Shown here piece by piece: positions 51,027 to 64,000 of a DNA stretch of 64,000 nt. The translations under genes and the position numbers were made by a program. The notes under the pieces were generated by a model. That model saw only the letters and a list, made by a program, of their open reading frames with translations. It was not told the origin of the DNA and ran no database searches. The DNA is from Cirrosporium novae-zelandiae (Eukaryota): contig JAPETS010000034.1 of NCBI GenBank assembly GCA_026023565.1, positions 62,001 through 126,000 of the forward strand, written 5' to 3'. Position 1 is the first letter of the stretch. Each line of letters opens with the position of its first letter.

Positions 51027-52053
51027 TTAAGCACTTGCGCAATGCCCACCATCAACTCTCAAATCTGCGCCTGTCATCCAAGCGCTCCCATCACCGAGTA
51101 GGAAAACGGTTGGACCTTTGAAATCTTCAGGGGCACCGAGTCTACCCAGGAGAGCGCCCGCCATCCATGTTTTCTCCACCTCGGGTTTTTCTTCTAGGAG
51201 TTGGTCCGTCATTGCCGTGCGAATGTACTAGATGCGAATCTGAAGGTTAGTAAGGTTTTTGTAATATTAGAGGAGAGATGATGGTAGATGCTTACCCCGG
51301 GTGAGAGAGTGTTTACTCTAATACCATATTGACCCCATTCCTGCGCGACGGAGCGGCACATTTGTTGGACAGCGGCTTTGGAGGAGTTGTAAGCGGTGCA
51401 AGTAAGACCGCGGTTTGCGATTTGACCAGACATGGAAGCAATAAAGACGATGCTACCGGGGAGTTTTTGTTCCACAAAAACGCGGGCGGAGTGTTTGGCC
51501 GTTAGGAAGGCCCCACCGACGCTGAATGAGAAGGGAGAGTGGTCAGCCAGGTCCAAAGAATTTACCCAAGGGACTGCATCACGTACTTTACTTCTAAGAT
51601 CTTTCTGAAGCCATCGATGGGGTATTCTAAAGCTGGAATCATTTGCTGAATGCCTGCGCAAGCTACCAACCCCTGGAAAGGCTTGCTCCGCTCCTTTGCG
51701 CTATCAGCAACCTCAGCTATAACCTTGGCTAACGCCTCCTCGTCTGTAATATCACATCTGTAGTATTTGATGCGCAAGTCCTCATCGGCGGCAGTCTTGT
51801 TCAGGGCCTTCCATTCGGTAGCGGAAGGTTCGGGAAGAATGTCAATGCATGCGACATCGGCACCAGCTTCGAGGCAAGCTTGAGCAAGAGTGATACCGAG
51901 ACCACGACCACTGCCAGTGACGATAACGGTTCGTTGGGCGAGGGAGAAAAGGTTTTTGGTAGAGGTGGCAGCTGGGGTTTGCTTAGATTCAAGGATAGGG
52001 TGGGATGGAAGGGTGTGGTCGAGAGTTATGCTCCCGTTCTTTATGGAACCCAT
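51027..52053 (-). CDS. Short-chain dehydrogenase/reductase (sorbose reductase / polyol dehydrogenase-like); 2 introns
   Basis: TGSGRGLG, ASMSG, catalytic YNSSK, IRVNTLSPG, VDGG. Confidence 0.9.
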
Positions 52054-53748
52054 AGTGGCTTATAGGAAGAGGGGCTGCCGGAGAAGCTGAAATAAAAATG
52101 GCTTTTCACGGGAGACAGGAATGCGAAGAAGACGAGAAACAGGAGAAAGGCAAAGCAAAACAGAGGGCCATAGCGTCTTAAAAATGATCAAAATGTTGAT
52201 AGAGGAGAGTTGAAGATTGAAGATGTGGGGGGGGTATTTTTATGAGGATTTCCTAAAGAGGAGTTTGTAAGCTCTGGAAGTTCTATGCCACCAGATGGCA
52301 GACTTAGGAAACCCTTGCCGCTCGACACCTTAAGAAGGTATCCCGAAACTTGGAGAATAGGATTCAGAGGCTTAGTAATTAATTGTCTTATAATACGTAG
52401 GTTTGATGTGCTTATACCTGCTTTTGACTTGGGATTCTTGAAATTCTTCAGATACTTCGTTATTACTCCCAGCCCTAATGATTCTTAAACCTCTCTAGAC
52501 TAACCATCATGATGGACATGTTTCTACCCTCCACCCCGTTTCTTATAAGGTCGGCCAATTGACAAAGTTCACCCCGATTTTGTCCGATCCTGGGATAAAA
52601 GTCTACTTAGGACGGCGACTACCGAAAAACTCATGTCTGTTTGCGTACGTAAGATTTTGGATATGAAAGTGAGAAGACTGGATAGGGTATTGACCATCCA
52701 TGATTGATAAATATCTGATGGTTGTGTTGTGAAGATGTTCAATTGATAACTTGATGCCAAGCGGAGAAAAAGCGGGGACTCCACGTCTCACCCAGTTTTT
52801 AAAAGCACGCTAAGTGTTGCGATATCTACAATTTAACGACTCAGCATACTAGAAGATGCCTTCACCAGATAAAGTGGCGGATGTTTTATTTATCCAGTGC
52901 AACTACTGATTCATTCCTGTGGTAGAAGGCGGCATTATAACGGCGAATATTCATCACCTCGTTTTCCACCTCGAATATGATTTGAACACTGTCCCATGGT
53001 TCCCTCAAGGGGGATGGGCCAACACTCTGGGAATCTTCAAACTTCAAGGGAGAAGCTGTATCCGAACTCACCTGGATATGAACCTCATTTGATGAACTTA
53101 TCTGAGAAGTTTGGACAATTTAACAATTTGGCAACGTCAGTCAGCATCTTATTAGGTTCTAATTATCCCGAAATTTAATGCAAGCTTTGTCTCGACAGCT
53201 TCTTATTACTATGTATGAATTATTCCGAGGGGCTCTACTGTATATAAAGTTTTAGCTACTCTAAGGCCCACGAGGATACGAACCTAGTATGATCCCTTAT
53301 AAACCTTCAGACCTTAAACCTCTCAATCCGTTTGGCACTTTGCTGACACTTTAAACCGGACCATTATCTATCCCCCCACACTCAACCCCAACCTCGCTTC
53401 TCCGTATCGAACTTGGCATTGCTGAATATTCCTATAAGAGGCAAGCCCAAGAGCAAAATGCCACTGTCAAAACTCGAACGCCCTGGGGGTAACATTGCCT
53501 CATCAAAATATTCCCTTGTTAGGAAGCTCTACACGGCCAACCCTGTATACCTAGGAAGGCGAGTCTGGGGACCCCATCTCTTTATGTAAGAAAACCTGGA
53601 GATGAGTATCTGTGAGATTATCTATAAAGATGGTCGGTCCCCTGCTTCAGATGTCCCTCACCAGCTCGCTCAATCATCAGCCCGTGCACAATAGCAGCAT
53701 CACTCCGGCTAATATCCAGGGATAAATCTTCAATTGCTTCCTTACACC

Positions 53749-55563
53749 ATGGCTTTCCTCGTCGGCAAGCCCTTGCAAATGGCTATAACGCTATGCGCAG
53801 GAATGGGCTTTTTGTTGTAAGTTGATTGGATTATATTTGTTTAGATATCGAGGAATCTGTGTGCTGACTGTGGTGGAGATTCGGCTATGATCAAGGCGTT
53901 ATGTCAGGCTTGTTGACGGGCGAAGCTTTCACCAAGGAGTTCCCGGAAATTGATACTACCGATGATGGGAATGGAAGCTCATCTCTCCAAGGAACCGTTG
54001 TCGCCATCTACGAAATTGTATGTTTCCCCTGATAGCCACTCTGGTATTATGAATTTGTACTTGTGACCTATTTATTGATGCTTACTATTATAGGGGTGCT
54101 TCTTTGGTTCTATCTTTGCTTTCATTGCCGGCGAACGCCTTGGAAGACGTAAGACTATTATGCTTGGGTGCATTGTCCTCAGTATTGGCGCTGCTCTCCA
54201 GGCATCTGCACATGGAATCCCGCAAATGATTGTGGGCAGAATTGTTGCTGGTCTTGGTAACGGCTTGAACACCAGTACCATTCGTAAGTCACTTGCCATA
54301 GAAACACACTTGGGGTTTATCAGCCTAATTGACTTTTAGCGGTATGGCATTCGGAGCTATGCAAGGCCGAACAACGTGGAAAGGGATTGGCCATTGAATT
54401 GGCCATCAATATTTTTGGTGTTATGACCGCATATTGGGTTGATTATGGCTTCAGTTTCGTCAAGAACGAATCCCAGTTCCGGTTCCCTCTAGCGTTCCAA
54501 ATTTTCTTCGCTGTTGTTACGTTCATAATCATAATCTTCCTACCTGAGTCTCCTCGTTGGGTAAGCAAGAACCGATATCCTACCTTTATTCTTTGAAACT
54601 TTGACGCTGACCACAGTCTCTTAATAGCTCATTGCTCATGAAAAACATGCCGAAGCCAAACACGTTATTTGGGCCGTTCAGAAGAATGCTCATGCTATGT
54701 CCGAGGACGATACATTAATTCAAGCAGAAATCGCAGAAATCAATAATGCGCTTGTTGAAGAAAGAGAGGCCGCTTCAAGCAGCAGCTTTAGGGCTCTGCT
54801 CAAGAATGGCGAGCAAAAGTTCTTCAACCGAACCATGCTCGGTATCGGAGGCCAATTTATGCAACAATTGTCTGGTATCAACCTCATTACCTACTATGCC
54901 CCTGTTATCTTCCAACAATCCGTCGGCCTTTCCCACAGTCTGTCGATGCTGCTTGCTGGATTTAACGGTGTCGCATACTTTTTCTCCTCGCTCGTCCCAA
55001 TCTGGTGCATTGATAGCCTTGGCCGAAGGAAGCTCATGCTGTTTGCTTGTGCTGGACAATGCGCTTGCATGGCTATTCTTGCGGGCACTGTTTCCAATGG
55101 TAGTTCTGCCTGCGGTATTATCGCAACAGTGATGCTCTTCCTCTTCAACTTCTTCTTCGCCGTTGGCCTCCTCGCCATCCCATGGCTTCTTCCTGCTGAG
55201 TATGCTCCATTGGCTATCCGACATCGTGCGGCATCATTGGCCTCTGCCTCTAATTGGATCTTCACCTTTTTGGTTGTGGAAATCACTCCAGTAAGTATCG
55301 GAAATATTCAATGGCGTACTTATATCTATTTCTCTATTTTTAATGCCTGCTTTATCCCACTCATCTACTTTTTCTACCCCGAGACAAAGAACCTTTCTCT
55401 GGAACAGGTGGACAAGCTCTTCACTGGCGAAAGGATGGCACTTCACTGGCACCCGTCTATGGGTCATGTTGGTTCGATCGACGGTCTCGAGACAGGAGAA
55501 GTGGCGGGATCAGTTGAGAAAGGGATGATGGAAAAGACCAGCCATCATGTTGAATCTCTGTAG
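53749..55563 (+). CDS. MFS sugar porter (Stl1-like sugar/polyol:H+ symporter); 4 introns
   Basis: FGYDQG, GERLGRRK, GRIVAG, PESPRW, QQLSGIN, GRRKL, PETK. Confidence 0.92.
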
Positions 55564-57074
55564 GGTATGACGGATAAGGAAACTAGTACATAAGACAGGA
55601 GGAACATGGACTGTGCTTATACTTGTGCCATATGTGGCTATGGTGGGAGGATATTGTACTAGATTTGGTGGGCCAATAAAGTTATGTTTATGATTAGGGA
55701 GAGTTTTTAATACTGTATGGTGGACAGGGGTTGGTTGGGGATGGCGGGTCGGCTGCATTTATGTAACACAAAAGCAATTTGACACCTACACAACGTTTGA
55801 AATGTCTTGAATGTCTTGAATGGTCTTGTGTACATGCAAGTTATAACCATGGGACCACCTGTGAAGGCTGTCCTGGCAGGTTCCGTGTTGCATATTGAGG
55901 GGAGTGACCTCACGGTGCATGGCAGGAGTTTTAGGGTCAGGAAAAGTTCAAGGAAAAGTAAGGCAATAAATGGGCACACTATCGGCGCTTCCAAGTTTCT
56001 GTCAAAATGCAAGCGGTATGATAAGACCCTAAGGGCTCAAGCCAAGGCCTCCATAAGGCCTAGGGGTCTCGGAAAGACTCCCGAACTCTACTTAACTGAT
56101 GATTAGCACCACCACTCCTAGCTGAAAGAACTAGAAAAATCATAATTAATTCCCAAATCCCGTAATTGTCCTCCGTTGCCCACATTTTTCTCCCGTTTTC
56201 CCATCGAAATCAATTTACATTGTTCTTTAAACATCTCTAGTTAGTTGATTGGGTTCAATTTGCAGGTATTTTCTAGAAGTAGGACTAAGAAAACAATATT
56301 GGTTCGTTTGGTACAGTGTAATTTTAGCAATTATAAGTAAAAGGCGGTAATTAAAGACGATAAATTGTCACCAACGTCATTTCCCTGGTTTCCCCCATTT
56401 CCCCCATTTCCCGCACTAAAGTTGTCCCAGCTACCCTGGTAGGCTGGTCGGCCGGTACTCTGGCACCCCGGTCGGCGATCTGGGCGATACCAACCATCTT
56501 ACGACAGCTTAGCGACGAGCAACAGGGAGCTTTACCACCTTACCACCTTACCACCTTACCTTGAAATCATTCTCCTCCTCAAACCGGGCAGCCACAATCA
56601 ACCCATTATTCATTCCGCTATTAGTCCGCCAGTGCCTTTCCTACAGCCTCAAATCAACTTACACCAAAAAGAATAATTCCAACATTTCTCCTTCCCTTCC
56701 CTTCCCTTCCCCTCTTCTCTTCTTGTTCAACTTGAACACATCACCCACCATCTTAACACACCTCCATTCACCCTAGGCTTCCATCTCCATCTCTCTCTCA
56801 TCCATCATCCATCATTTACCTTAACTATTCTACACCAAATACCGAATACCGAATACCGAATACAAAGCTCAATTGAATACAGACAAATTAATTCCCTGCC
56901 TGTGTAAAGAATAAAGTCCGTTGCTTAGAAGTGAGGCACGGCCATCGTGTAAGCTGCTTACGCTACCTAACCTGGCACAACCTCGGCTGAAGGTTTTATT
57001 GTACATCACCTTTATATCATGTCCACCAACTGACAGATTGATTGATGACATTCAGGCCTCTTCAGCGCTCCGCC

Positions 57075-60000
57075 ATGGAGAAGGAAGTGAATGAGCTCAA
57101 GCAGCAGGGCGTTGAAGAATCCGCCCGCGACCCTAATACCAACACAACAGCTGAAGATGCCGAACATGCCATCGTTCAAGAAACGAAGAAGGCTGGCGGG
57201 GCTGCATTTCAATTTGATCCAGCTGCCTCACCAGAGGAAAAAGCAGCACAAGCTCGAGCGGTATGATATCAACCTTTTCTATATATATACTCTAAATGCA
57301 TTTGCACGTGAAAGTGAACGAAGAGGGGAACCATTGAAGGCTTCCCTGAGATTGCAATTTTCGTACGACTCGCTCGGGGTTGATGATGGTTTGCTACTGT
57401 TTGAAATATAATCTGCAATTGCCTGCTGTTGCTGACGGGGTTTCCTTACTAGAATGTTCCTGCTGGCTTCCACAGAGATAAGAAACCCAAGGGAATGGGA
57501 ATTGTAACAGATATCGACAATGGATCTGGTGCCAAATATGACCTTCCTCTACCAACCAGTAACAGTGCTTTAGTGGCAACTTCGCCGTCTGCCAATGGCT
57601 CTATCAGTGGGAGCAAGTCACCACGGTCCCCAATGCCAGATGAATTAAAATTCGCGTCCGACCGAACTGGCTGGGCCCCTCGGTTTGGAAATGGCCCTAA
57701 ACCAGAAGAAATGGAGGATGAAACACTCCTGGACCATCAAACCCTCCTTGAGCAGTCGCTAGATGATAAGTTTTATGGTGGTGAGTCTCCTACTGCGAGA
57801 ATTCTTTGTGACTTAAACTGACATAAATCCTAAGATTGGTTCCACAACACTGGTGTTATTATATTTGCCTGCCTCTCATCCTGGATTGTTGCTTTGTTTG
57901 GAGGGGGTTTGGGATGGATAATTATGGTCATGGTCTGCTGTGGCACTTACTACAGGACATCCATACGCCGTGTACGCCGGAATTTCCGAGACGACATAAC
58001 CCGGGAAATGGCTAAGGCTAGACTTGACACTGACACGGAATCCCTGGAATGGATCAACAGCTTTTTGGTGAAGTTTTGGCCCATATATGCCCCGGTCCTC
58101 TGTGATACCATTATCAACTCTGTTGACCAGGTCCTGAGTGCCTCAACACCCGCTTTCTTGGACAGCTTACGTATGAAGATGTTCACACTCGGTACCAAAC
58201 CCCCAAGGATGGAACATGTCAAAACATACCCGAGGATGGATGATGATGTCGTGGTAATGGATTGGGCCTTTAGCTTCACTCCAAATGATGTGGAAGATTT
58301 GACCGCAAAACAATTGAAGTATAGGGTGCAGCCTAAAGTGGTTCTGGAAGTTCGAGTTGGCAAAGCCATGATCAGTAAGGGGCTTGATGTGATCGTGGAA
58401 GACTTCGCCTTTTCAGGATTAATGCGAGTAAAGGTTAAGCTCCAACTCGCATTCCCTCACATTGAAAAGGTCGATATTTGCTTCTTGGGCCGTCCAGTGA
58501 TTGACTATGTTTGTAAACCCCTCGGAGGTGATACCTTGGGCTTCGACATCAATTTTATTCCGGGCTTGGAATCGTTCATCAAGGAGATGATTCATGGCAC
58601 CCTGGAACCAATGATGTATGAGCCTAATGTCTTCCCTATCGAAATCGCCAAGATGCTTGCTGGAAGTCCCGTGGACCAGGCAGTTGGAGTTGTAGCCGTT
58701 ACGATTCATGGAGCCCAAGGGCTCAAGAATCCAGATAAATTTTCTGGCGAACCCGATCCCTATGTTGTGGCATCTATCAATAACAGGTCTGCCGTGGGCA
58801 GAACGAAAACCGTTTTTGAAACTGCAAACCCCCGTTTTAATGAAACGATATATGTCATTGTCAACTCCCTTGCAGATTCTCTTACCTTACAGGTGTTTGA
58901 TTACAACGAATATCGAAAGGATAAAGAGTTGGGTACAGCAACTTTCCCACTTGACCAACTGGAACAAAACGTCGAGCATGAGAATCTACAGCTTGAAGTG
59001 AAAGTCAGCGGCAAGGCTCGAGGTATTGTTCAAGCTGATGTCCGGTATTTCCCTGTTCTCGAAGGCATAAAATTGGAAGATGGGACACAGGAACCCCCGC
59101 CGGAATCGAATACGGGTATTGCAAGATTTACTATAGAACAAGCAAAAGAGCTGGATGGCTCGAAGAGCTTGGTTGGGCAGCTCAACCCTTATGCTGTGCT
59201 TCTTCTCAACGGAAAAGAGATTCATGTTACTCGCAAACTAAAGCGCACCAACAATCCTATCTGGGATAATGGCTCCAAGGAAATCCTGATCACCGACCGA
59301 AAGAAAGCGAAGCTGGGTTTGATTATCAAGGATGATCGAGATCTTGCCGCAGACCCGATTCTTGGATCATACCTGATAAAGGCCGATGATATGTTGACTA
59401 TGATGGAAAAAGGTCAAGGATGGTTCAACCTTCATGGGGCAAAGAAAGGACGTGCCAAGATGTCGTTTCAATGGAGGCCAGTTGCTCTAACCGGAGCCGC
59501 CGGAGGTTCTGGTGGTTATATCACACCAATCGGTGTTATGCGCCTTCATTTTCAGAGTGCAAAGGACCTTAGAAATTTCGAAACCCTTGGAAAATCCGAC
59601 CCTTACGTCCGTGTCCTATTATCCGGAATTGAGAAAGGCAAGACTGTGACTTTTCAAAATAATTTAAATCCAGATTGGGACGAGGTCATATACGTGCCAG
59701 TGCACTCAGAAAGGGAGAAGCTTACTTTGGAAGTTATGGATTCCGAGTCTATTGGCAAAGATCGTTCTCTCGGGTACGTGGAGCTTTCAGCCAGTGACTA
59801 CGTCTCGAAAGGTCCTACTGGAGAATACCTAGTGCATGAAGAAAAGCGACAAATGTCTGAACCCCTTCGACTTATGGGGAAGGGAACTCCAAAGGGAGTT
59901 CTTAATTTCACTGCCTCCTTTTACCCAACTCTGAATGTCATCGACCCTGAAGAAGAAGAGGCTGAAAAGGAAGCCGAAAAAACAAATGGAAATCTTACCC

Positions 60001-61904
60001 CCGATATGGCAAGAAAGAGCATTGAATCGAGCACGTCAAAAACCAGCTCCGAAAATAGCTCAGGACGCAAATTGATGGAGAAGGATGGCGAAGCCGTTAA
60101 AATTAATACAAATATGGCAAAGGAACTTGAAGCCGCAGAGAAAGAACAAGAAGTTCCCGAGGAACAAAAGCCCCCTAAAATTCGCATTGGCCCTGAAGAC
60201 CTTGGCAAATATGAATCTGGTCTTATTATCTTCAAGTTAATATCAGCAACCTTGTCTGAGAAGGATGTCTTTATTGAAGTCTTGATGGACGATATGGTCT
60301 TTCCTTCTTACGTCTCATCAAAGGCAAAGTCAAAGGAGGTAGAATTTGGAGAGGTTGGTAATGCATTCGTTCGTGAGCTTGAATTCTCGAAAATCACCCT
60401 CCGAATCCGAGAGAAGCTCGACAAGAAGGGAGAAGATGACAACGAAGAACACACAATTGCAAAGTTGACAGGCCCAACACTTCAGACCCTACAAAATGCC
60501 CTTGTAAGTTCATCTCCTTTACTTAACTTGTCCAGTCTAACCGCCCCACAGTATAAGCCAACCGAGCTAGTCCTGCCAGGGGGTCAAAACAAGGTCGTTG
60601 TTAGTTTGCGATATATTCCGGTGAATATGCGACTTGACCCTAGCGAAAGTATCAACAACATGGGCAACCTTAGAGTCGATGTTTTGGATGCAGCGGATTT
60701 GCCTTCAGCGGACAGAAACGGCTTCAGCGACCCCTACTGCAAATTTGAACTTAATGGCAAGGAGATCTATAAAACGAAAGTACAAAAGAAGACTTTACAT
60801 CCATCTTGGAACGAATTCTTTGAGGTCCCGGTTAAGTCCAGGACTGCCGCTGATTTTACGGTCCGCGTCATGGACTGGGATTTTGGTGACAAAGCAGATC
60901 TACTTGGAACATCACCGATCAATCTGGAGCTTCTTGACCCTTTCAGGCCTCAAGAGATGAAATTAGCTCTCGATGGAAAATCAGGGGTGCTTCGTTTGAG
61001 ATTATTGTTCAAACCCGATTATGTCACTCGCTCACGACAAGGATCCAGCACATTCTCGGGAACTTTTGCTACCCCAGGAAAGGTTGTTGGTGGCCCTGTC
61101 AAGGGTGTTGCTAAAGTTGGCACTACCATAATTGGGGGTGGTGTAAAAGGAGCATCTTTCCTCAGACATGGATTTAGCTCCAAAAAACTCAGTAAAGACG
61201 AGGCTCCAGTATCATCGGATGAACCCCCCAAAACAGCAAACGGATCCATCAACGGAAGCATAAACCCTGGCATTGAAACTCCAGATGGTACACCCAAGAG
61301 GTCAATTCCTACCATTGAACGTACTCCAGTCAGTCCAGAAAATGCTTCAAACCCTCAAAGTCCCCCACAGACACCTCAGAACCAAGCCCACAACCGGTCT
61401 AAGAGTGTCGGATCGACTATGAGTGGATTTGGTGGTACTCCAGGCGGTGCTGAAAGAGGCACTGCTTCCTTTACCATCCTTTCCGCTTATGGGTATCCTG
61501 CTTCAACGAATGTACGTGTTCACATAAAGGCCATCTCGACTAAGGGCACTTCGAAGGATATACACAAGACCAAAACCATCAAAGCGCCCACTGGTCAGGT
61601 GAGCTGGGATAAAGAGTCTTTCACATTCCACTGCGCAGCAGACACACAATTTCAAATCCAGGTTAAAGACCATGCTACATTTGGTTCGGATGATGAGCTC
61701 GGTGAAACTCTGTTTTTTGTGGATGATACTTCCGGTGGTAGTGAAAAGACTCTCAAGGTTGGTAACGGTAACGTCACTCTAAGAACTGGCTTCACACCTT
61801 CAGACAGTGGTAGTGAGAGTCCGGCTTCTACGAGAGGTGGGCTAAGGCCGAGGAGCTTGCTCAATAAGAGAGAGGTGAGCGGCTCAAGATTTTCGATGTC
61901 TTAG
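57075..61904 (+). CDS. Tricalbin (ER-plasma membrane tether; TM hairpin, SMP and multiple C2 domains); introns about 57261-57452, 57782-57833 and 60504-60551
   Basis: ESLEWINSFL, FTLGTKPPR (SMP), repeated C2 motifs (PDPYV, KSDPYV, FSDPYC). ATG in GCCATGG context. Confidence 0.93.
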
Positions 61905-63178
61905 GAAGCGATTTAAATTACGGATACGATCAGGCCAGTGAAATGGCAACACACCGGCACTAGGTAAAGGACCTGGGGTAGCTTGGGGTTGGATGGTGGG
62001 GAAATGGCTAGGTGACACTAAATGCTAGTTACCTATTTGTTTTGTTGAAATCCTAATGAGCTTTTCACGATACCATAGTAAGGGCCTTGGGTGTACCTTT
62101 GGCCCTCTTTATATTGTTTTCCTTCTTTCTTGGCTGTCTTTCAATTGGTACTACTAATAATACCTTTCTTTCCTTTTCACTCTACTCTCCTGGTATTGAC
62201 GTGAAGGACTTGTGATGGATGGGAATACAGTCTTCGTCGAACATTTTGGCTTTTTACTATGTCCTTTTTTAACACAAAAGTATGAAACCAGAACCATCGA
62301 TTATCTGTTTAGCTGCGAAGCTTTGGGTGTTTTTTCTAGATTCTGTTGCGTGAATTTTGTACCTAGGAATCTAAATAATAAGTAATGAGTTTTCTATCCG
62401 TATTTTAAGCAGGAGTACTATTCTATAATCTATGTCTCTAAATAATTCTATATATATTGGGAGTAGAATGCCTCTGCATTACAAGCAACATTAAATGCAA
62501 ACTACAGCCTCCAGATCTAGATTATATCGATAGCAGGAAGCTTCCAAAGGTGGCCTACAAGTCAACTTAATTATAACATCTTCATCTATAATTTTTAATG
62601 TAGAAGCGCAAGGAGTCGCAACCATGTAGGCATCTCTCAGCGAGAGGGCACAAGTCGCGAACTATGAAGGTCCTTTAAGGTATTATTTAATATTGCAACG
62701 ATCTTTTAACCCAGCTAGCACAATACATGATCAAAAGACATGAAAATGTAAAGCGTTCTCCCTAGGGAGAGCTTGTAGTGATGGTTCCGTTCCAAAGGGA
62801 AGGGAGCAAAGCAGCTGGCGGAAAAGGTTGCATCTAGATGTGTACAGGTTTATGATGATAGTTGTGGGAGGTTATTATGTTCACACGTGGAGGAGATTAA
62901 TTATTAGTGAACTTCATTCATAGAGGCATTCCCAAGTAATTTGGGATGGGGGATGGAAATGAAAAAGAAATTTTAAGGCTGGTGACTAAAGTAGAGTGAC
63001 CTCGCTTATATAATCCAACCATCCCAAATTGAACCTCGATGCCCCAGTATCACAACTGTCTTCACTATAGCTGCTAACTTCTCCCGTCAACATATTTCAT
63101 CGCTTTACCATCTTTCTTGAGTTTTGTTTCCTTAAGCCTAACCTTCTAATCGATTCTTGATACTGTTTCTATCGTAAA

Positions 63179-64000
63179 ATGGGTAACAACAAAAAGAAGC
63201 GCGGTCACCCCGATGTTGAGGAGATTTTGGCGCGACCATGGTGCTACTATTGCGAACGCGATTTTGATGACCTCAAGATCTTAATATCACATCAGAAGGC
63301 TCGGCATTTCAAGTGTGAGCGATGTGGCCGGAGATTAAATACTGCTGGAGGTAAGATGATTCCAAGTTCCCCCTATCAAGATGTTAGTCTCAATCAGGTC
63401 TAATACGTGCAGGTCTTTCCGTTCACATGAGTCAGGTGCATAAAGAATCCCTTTCCAGCGTAGAGAATTCTCTTCCGAATAGAGCGAATCTTGATGTGGA
63501 AATATTTGGCATGGAAGGAATACCTGAAGATATTGTTCAAGCCCATAACCAGCGTATCTTGACACAGTTTCATCAAGCTGCAGCTGAACGTCAGGCCCTC
63601 ACAGGAAATCCTGCACCGGGAACTCCCAATGGTCCAGCCCATAAGAAACCGAAACACGAATCAGCTGCAGATTTGAAGAAAAGGTTGGCTGAGCACAAAG
63701 CAAAGAAAGCTGCGGAAGCGGCAGCTGGTATTAGTAGTGGTGATAACACACCCATTGGGTCTGCACAGGGAGGTCAAAGCCCGGCTGTCAGCCAAAGTCC
63801 CATTGCATATGTAAGTTTATTCTCTTTTCGGGTATCAGTTTCAGTGCTAACATTTATACAGGCTGGGTCGCCTCAATTCCCACCACAGTCCATTAGCCAC
63901 CCTCCTACTACCAATAGTCCCTCCGTAACAGCATATCCTACCCCATACGGACAACCTGCTGTCCATACTCCTTTTAATGGATATGCGCAAAATGGGCAGC
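63179..64000 (+). CDS. ZNF207/BuGZ-like C2H2 zinc-finger protein; 3' end outside the window
   Basis: [50 protein letters not shown]...EIFGMEGIP, followed by a Pro-rich region. Confidence 0.9.

Noticed and set aside
56096..56127. CTGATGA...GAAA hammerhead-like core
   Set aside because: Stem II does not close canonically, and no stem I/III with an NUH site was found.
56336..56346. CGCCTTTTACT on the minus strand, matching U5 snRNA loop I
   Set aside because: No proper closing stem, internal-loop CCG or Sm site.
56530..56865. (TTACCACC)n, (CCCTT)n and (TACCGAA)n short repeats
   Set aside because: Simple promoter or UTR microsatellites without spacers; not CRISPR-like.
57323..57355. GGGG...CTGAGA in a tricalbin intron, resembling a TPP riboswitch
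   Set aside because: Lacks the downstream P4/P5 consensus (CUGAU...AAU...GCG).

Overview
Intron-rich nuclear DNA from a filamentous ascomycete (Pezizomycotina-type genes, GT-AG introns with CTAAC branch points). Recognisable genes: GH31 alpha-glucosidase (runs off the left edge), Kin4-like kinase, spartin/senescence-domain protein, short/branched-chain acyl-CoA dehydrogenase, Dom34/pelota, Utr2/Crh2-type GH16, Dal5-family MFS permease, Cox4, a dihydroxy-acid dehydratase paralogue without an evident mitochondrial presequence, GH78 alpha-L-rhamnosidase, UGP1, an SDR divergently paired with a sugar porter, tricalbin, and a ZNF207/BuGZ homologue (runs off the right edge). The most unusual part is a retroelement island at about 25.8-29.95 kb. 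It contains a 44-nt 18S rRNA fragment fused to a 5'-truncated RNase H-bearing LINE, two diverged tandem copies of a structured 3' tail with compensatory base-pair changes ending in (ATC)n, and a decayed L1/Tx1-like element with a highly structured 5' leader. A candidate structured non-coding RNA lies at about 55.84-56.10 kb. All calls come from reading motifs by eye; no searches or folding programs were run.
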